Shown here piece after piece: positions 21,850-27,190 of a stretch of DNA of 27,190 nucleotides. Below the pieces are notes generated by a model. The model did no database searches. It was given only the letters and a program-made list of their open reading frames with translations, and had not been told where the DNA came from. The DNA is from Ginkgo biloba (taxonomy: Eukaryota; Plantae; Ginkgophyta), in the NCBI GenBank assembly GCA_024626585.2, contig JANKJI020000002.1:12841123-12868312 (forward strand), in the 5' to 3' direction. The first letter of the stretch is position 1. Each line of letters begins with the position of its first letter. The translations under genes and the position numbers were made by a program.

Positions 21850-22800
21850 TTTCATATATGGGCAATTATGGAATATATGCCCCCAATCTAGATAGTACAT
21901 GCATTTCATACAAGTGTTGACTTGTTCTAATTCAATCCTTTATAGATCATATTATGACTATTATTATTGCCTTGATAACTTCCTCTAGTTTTACATCCTC
22001 AATATNNNNNNNNNNNNNNNNNNNNNNNNNNNNNNNNNNNNNNNNNNNNNNNNNNNNNNNNNNNNNNNNNNNNNNNNNNNNNNNNNNNNNNNNNNNNNNN
22101 NNNNNNNNNNNNNNNNNNNNNNNNNNNNNNNNNNNNNNNNNNNNNNNNNNNNNNNNNNNNNNNNNNNNNNNNNNNNNNNNNNNNNNNNNNNNNNNNNNNN
22201 NNNNNNNNNNNNNNNNNNNNNNNNNNNNNNNNNNNNNNNNNNNNNNNNNNNNNNNNNNNNNNNNNNNNNNNNNNNNNNNNNNNNNNNNNNNNNNNNNNNN
22301 NNNNNNNNNNNNNNNNNNNNNNNNNNNNNNNNNNATATTTTTTTAATGATATTTCTAACTATCATACTTTCTTGTTAATTTGACGGGGTGATATCATATT
22401 TTTTCTTAGTATAGACGCAATGATCTATTAACAAAGGACATCATCATGGTAATTCACAAAATTGTATTTTGACCTTCTAGTTTTAAGGCCAAGACTTGAA
22501 ATCTCCCATCATAATTTTATGTCATTTTTTCAAACCATTGTATGATTTCCTTCAATGATTTATATAGTGATGGGGTCACATAAATTTTGGAATATATCAA
22601 GGAACAATTCTTGAATGACCGTTGATGAATGACGACCCATATATCGTAACCAAAGTAGGGATTAACTATAAAGGTTAGAAAAGAATCCAATTTTTATCTC
22701 CTTTTCATTGATTATATATTGATGTGCATTATTATTAAGAAATAACATCAAATGCTCTAATGGGTCATGGTGGTTATTGTGTATCAGGTGAGATAAGGAG
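21850..22800 (-). mobile_element. Gypsy gag remnant with CCHC zinc knuckle
   Basis: DPLEHLMLF...KIGFFSNL...SLLWL...QELFLDIF / LKEIIQ...NYDGRFQVL...SFVN (capsid, 22400-22800) and CTI*/WGHIFHNCPY (knuckle, 21850-21902). A 330-N gap interrupts it. Confidence 0.7.
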
Positions 22801-23184
22801 TTATCAACGAGCATATAAATTGAGGTTAGTCATCCATAACTATTACATATAAAATTGTTATATACTCTAATATTTCCATTATTGAACTTATTTCCATGAC
22901 CTCCCCTATTGATATTTCCTCCATTACTACTATGCTTTATAATTTCCATCAAGGTTAAAATATCTAGTTTAATTTTGGTTAAAATTCATGTCATAATTTT
23001 CACTTTGGTTGAAGTGTCCATTATTGTTAGAAATTTTACTATTATTATAGATATCATTGTTGAACCTACCTAAAGGTTACTAAATTAATAACCATGTGTG
23101 CTGGGGTTTTAACTTTAGTTACTCAAGTTACCCCTAATATAGCCACCATGCGATTATTTTTAGTAAAGTTAAAATTCGAGATGA

Positions 23185-23203
23185 TTTTTTTTTTTTTTTT
23201 TTT
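23185..23203 (+). repeat. T19 homopolymer
   Basis: Uninterrupted run of 19 T, the longest homopolymer I noticed in the window. Confidence 0.9.
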
Positions 23204-23739
23204 GTGCCCGTTGCCTTCTTATGGGTGATGAGATTATCTAGTACTATTGTTTATGATGTTATTAGTGCTTCCAAACATTCCCCCACTAGTGATTAACTCT
23301 GACTATTTGAGTTGGCTACAATGTTACTTCCACTATTATAAGTTATAAGTAGGTTCCCAAAATTTGTTGGATTAGTATTATTATTTAATTTGTTAAGACC
23401 AATAAAGGGGTTGAATAGGCCCCNNNNNNNNNNNNNNNNNNNNNNNNNNNNNNNNNNNNNNNNNNNNNNNNNNNNNNNNNNNNNNNNNNNNNNNNNNNNN
23501 NNNNNNNNNNNNNNNNNNNNNNNTTTTTTAATAGATAAGAATAGATAATTATAATTGTACAAATAAAAAATATCTTTTACTTTAAAAATAACCTACGCAT
23601 TTATTTTATTAACTTCATTGATTTTTGTTATTTCTTACTTAGTGTTATATCATACAACATCCATCACTTATCCATTGAAAGAGGCAATTAATATACATGC
23701 ATAGGTGGTTATGAGATAATTACCTAGTTTGTTGAAGAC

Positions 23740-24420
23740 CTACTTTATTTAGTCAACAACTTTTATAATTGGAGGGTGTAATACCATGTTTAATAATGTC
23801 ATTGAATATAAATGTGACATTTAGAGATATAAGGTGCTTAGTACCAAGTATTTCCTTATAACCCCTTCATTATAAAGAAGTCTTATGGTGCATTCAACTA
23901 TCCAACTTCCATAGGCATAAGACTGCTTTGATAATATTGTCTAACACCAAATGTTGAGTACATATTCCAACTAATACTTGCATTTCCCTTATTTTTCCTC
24001 TTTTAGGTGGTTTTTATTTATTAACTCCTAATAATAGTGTAAAAACCATTATCATTTTCTACACATTTTAATGACCATAGTAAATATTAATAAAACCTAA
24101 TAGTGAGTGATATTTGTAGTCCATTATGTTTGGATCCTCTAGTATAATATAATTAAAATCTAAGCATCATGAGGTTCTAAGTTATGGTATTATCCCATAC
24201 AATAGCCAAAACCCATCTTTATTAGCATTATATCACTCACAAACTATAAGGAAAATTAACAAAATCACTTGATATGGTTATGGTGCTATTTTATTTTAGT
24301 ATTATTACCCCTTGCTCATTATTGTTGATTTTAGAGCATTCTAGTCATTTTGATCGATTTCTTATAATTGGCATTGATTCTTAATAACTTATAACAAAAA
24401 AAAAATCTTGATAATTTAAG
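23740..24420 (-). mobile_element. Highly decayed gypsy reverse transcriptase N-terminal half
   Basis: Ordered traces across frameshifts: YQDFF, FPYSL*VI, KDGFWLLY/YHNL, YSTFGVRQYYQ, HKTSL, EYLVL and MTLLNMVLHP. Compare the consensus SPxSSPV, KDGSWRxCVDYRxL, FSKxDLRxGYxQ, HKTAF, YEYLVMP, FMxLMNxVLRP. Confidence 0.5.
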
Positions 24421-26595
24421 TTAGCCTTACTTATATTTTAAAGTGGAAAACATTGTATTACATTAAGTGTCTTACTCTTATAGTTGGTGTTTGATAAGTA
24501 AGTATTCTATCATAAGTTAAGTCTACGAAATTTTATCATTCTTGCCTAATAATTAGGGTTAGAACATTTTTTGCGACATCTTTTTTCCCTTGTCAAANNN
24601 NNNNNNNNNNNNNNNNNNNNNNNNNNNNNNNNNNNNNNNNNNNNNNNNNNNNNNNNNNNNNNNNNNNNNNNNNNNNNNNNNNNNNNNNNNNNNNNNNCTT
24701 TTATTAAGGGAGATTTATCATGGGGCCTAGTTAAGACCATAAATGGGGTTTTTAAGGCTATTTTTGTCTTTACACAACATATGTCATGTTCTTGTCTCCC
24801 ACTTCTCATCTCATTATTATCTCATCTTCCATATATTATTTATTATTTATTATTTTTTCTTTTTGAGTGAGAGGAGGGGGGTGGTTGGTCGAATGTGCTT
24901 ATTTTCTTTGTATATCATATAGATTATATATTCATTCATAAGTTTTATATTTAAAAAGTTAGAGGTGTTTATTTGTGGAAAATAATTTCCATATGTCAAA
25001 TCCTCTTGATTCTTTATAATATTGATATAGATATGATTTGACTAAATTCCATTTGTAATTTTTATATGAAGAAGCGGGTTGGTCAGTTGAACACTAATTT
25101 TTTAGTATATAGTATAAATATAGATGATATTATTTTCCCTTGGATGTGGAAATTTTGCCTACATATTCTTATTAATTTATAAATTTCATGAGCCTTAATG
25201 TGCTCATAAGTCTCAATAAGAGGTCATATGATTATGCCTAGATGGTTTAGTAATCAATAAAGTCTTATCACATGATAGAGATGGGCATATGTCCTTGATG
25301 TATTAGTAGGAGTTATGACCCAAAGGATTAATTTTGATGATATTTATTATTCTTAAATATCCTACTTAAATTAGGAGTTCTTACTCATTGATATTTTCTC
25401 TTAGATTTAAATCGCATGTACTATTGAAAGGACTCCTTGCATGGAAACAAGTCCTAATTGAATGAATGGATGCACGAACACCTTATTTTAGATAGGAATG
25501 CTTAATTATAGACCTAGCTCATATATTTAAGAGATCTTGGCCTTAATCATATACACAAAGCTACACATATTCATACATATATGTAATCTTCTCTAGAGAT
25601 TTATGAGAGACTTTATTAATTAATACAGTTATTAATTTATATACATAAAACCCCTAATATATGTATGTGAAGTTTTATCTAATATGAAACTTTAAAAATT
25701 TGAGTTGGCAGCCTTTTAGTGTATGTTAGGGAAAGAAGAACAATAGAGGATAAAATCCACTATATGGATAGGTAAAGGTGTCATATGGATGGAAAAATGC
25801 ATGACATGTATAGATAAAGATGTCAAATCATTAGTAAAAGGTGTGAAATCTTGAAACACTCATCTAAGAGTAATTTCTCTCAGTGTCTTAATCCATTTAA
25901 TAACATATCAAACCCAATAATCTTCTATCGCTTACACTAAACATTCAAAAATTATAGATTTTCTTCTTTAAAGCTTATAAACTCCTTTTTTATATGTATA
26001 TAGAGAATTTATGACTTCTACTTACTTCCTTTGGATCACTGTTAATGATCCATATCTCTAGAGAACATTAATTAGTATCATAGTAGGTTCAACACCTAGA
26101 TTATTATTCTCTATAATATTTTATTTATTTATTCTACATAAATTGGTTAATGGTATGGACCAAGAAAGATTGCATTAAGGTAGGTTTGGTACTAGAAGAG
26201 ATTCCATTGATAAGAGTAAGAGAATATCCATGACTTTATTCTACTTGTAACAACATGGAACAAGAAGAGAGTTTGAAGAATAGGAAATGTACTAATCTTT
26301 TTCATTAGAGAGTATAGAGGTGNNNNNNNNNNNNNNNACACTTGAGTTTATTATCACCACATTATCAAGAGATCCAAATTCATTATAGAGGCTGGTACAT
26401 GGGTCCCAACCTTCTACATCTGACACTCACATAACGCAAATATTTCTATAACAAATCAGCTTATTACCCCAGTAGAACTAGTTACTTCTTTACTAAACTC
26501 GATAGATATAATCTACCATGGTAATGATAATAGTATAACCCATGCATTCACATGGCAGTGTAATCTATTTATAAGCACTTAGGATAATAAAGATA

Positions 26596-27095
26596 GATGC
26601 CAAGCTAGAAATCAAAATCAAGGTATGTGATGGTACCATTGATGCAAAAAAATTGAATGATTAGATCTAAGATTTAAAGGATTACCATGGTATTAAAAAA
26701 TTTAACAACTTATAGAAGATCATCTCTACCAAATTAAGAATGGTAAAGTATGCCTTATCTTGGTGGTAATATTGCATTAACCAAATAAGTAATCCATACT
26801 TCACTACGTGAGATAAGTTTAAGACTTTGTTGAGGAGTAAGTTCTACCCTTAGGGTAAATGAGTGAGTTATATAAAAAGTAGTAATGACTGAGATAAAAG
26901 AAGAATTAGATAGTGGGACAGTACATTAATGCATTACAAGATGGAAATCAAGATCAACATTTAGGAAGTTGAGAATAAAGTGGTCTTAAAGTTTGTTAGA
27001 GGGCTTGATATCACCATTCAACAATAACTTCACTTATTTGAGATTCATAATTTGGACAAGGCTTATAACTTCACATTCAAAGTAAAGGAAAGAAG
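26596..27095 (+). mobile_element. Ty3/gypsy (chromovirus-like) gag remnant, probably continuing past window end
   Basis: DAKLEIKIKVCDGTIDAKKLND*I*DLKDY...LRMVKYALSWW...T*DKFKTLLRSKFYP...VVLKFVRGL...LHLFEIHNLDKAY. Confidence 0.8.
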
Positions 27096-27190
27096 CATAC
27101 ATAAGCATGTACAGAAATTAGGATGATATAAAGGTGGATAAATTAGTTTCTAGTAATAACACCTAAACTAAGAGTTATTAAGTAATGATC

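Larger units (their letters stand above)
1929..26337. other. 18 assembly gaps (N runs)
   Basis: Exactly 100 N starting at 1929, 3956, 6206, 8503, 12926, 14914, 17576, 20093, 23424 and 24598. Sized gaps start at 2649 (76), 11130 (465), 13955 (15), 16102 (241), 18417 (107), 18906 (119), 22006 (330) and 26323 (15). Confidence 0.98.

Noticed and set aside
1-27190. Fungal RIP as the cause of C>T decay
   Set aside because: The L1 ORF1, hAT and sHSP are plant-type and CpG depletion is evident, so methylation-driven deamination suffices. Contexts were not counted formally.
1-27190. A novel multi-gene biological system
   Set aside because: There is no intact ORF, operon-like organisation or RNA gene, and linkage across placeholder gaps is unverified.

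Overview
This is not prokaryotic DNA. It is an AT-rich, CpG-poor, gap-riddled stretch of a large plant nuclear genome, most likely a gymnosperm. That taxonomy is inferred from recalled TE and sHSP family motifs, not from a search. The window has 18 N-gaps, 10 of them exactly 100 N, so adjacency across those gaps is unverified. Most of it is decayed transposable elements: several Ty3/gypsy gag, protease, RT, RNase H and integrase remnants, a plant L1 ORF1 (DUF4283-type) remnant and a hAT transposase N-terminus with a BED finger. There are also three tandem arrays and a head-to-head inverted repeat cluster. The one host-gene-derived sequence is a minus-strand small heat shock protein (HSP20, class VI-like motif) pseudogene at 17676-18035. 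Its frame is intact apart from three TAG stops, each at a position where Gln (CAG) fits. I found no intact protein-coding gene and no convincing novel multi-gene system. All translations were done by hand and compared with remembered family consensus.
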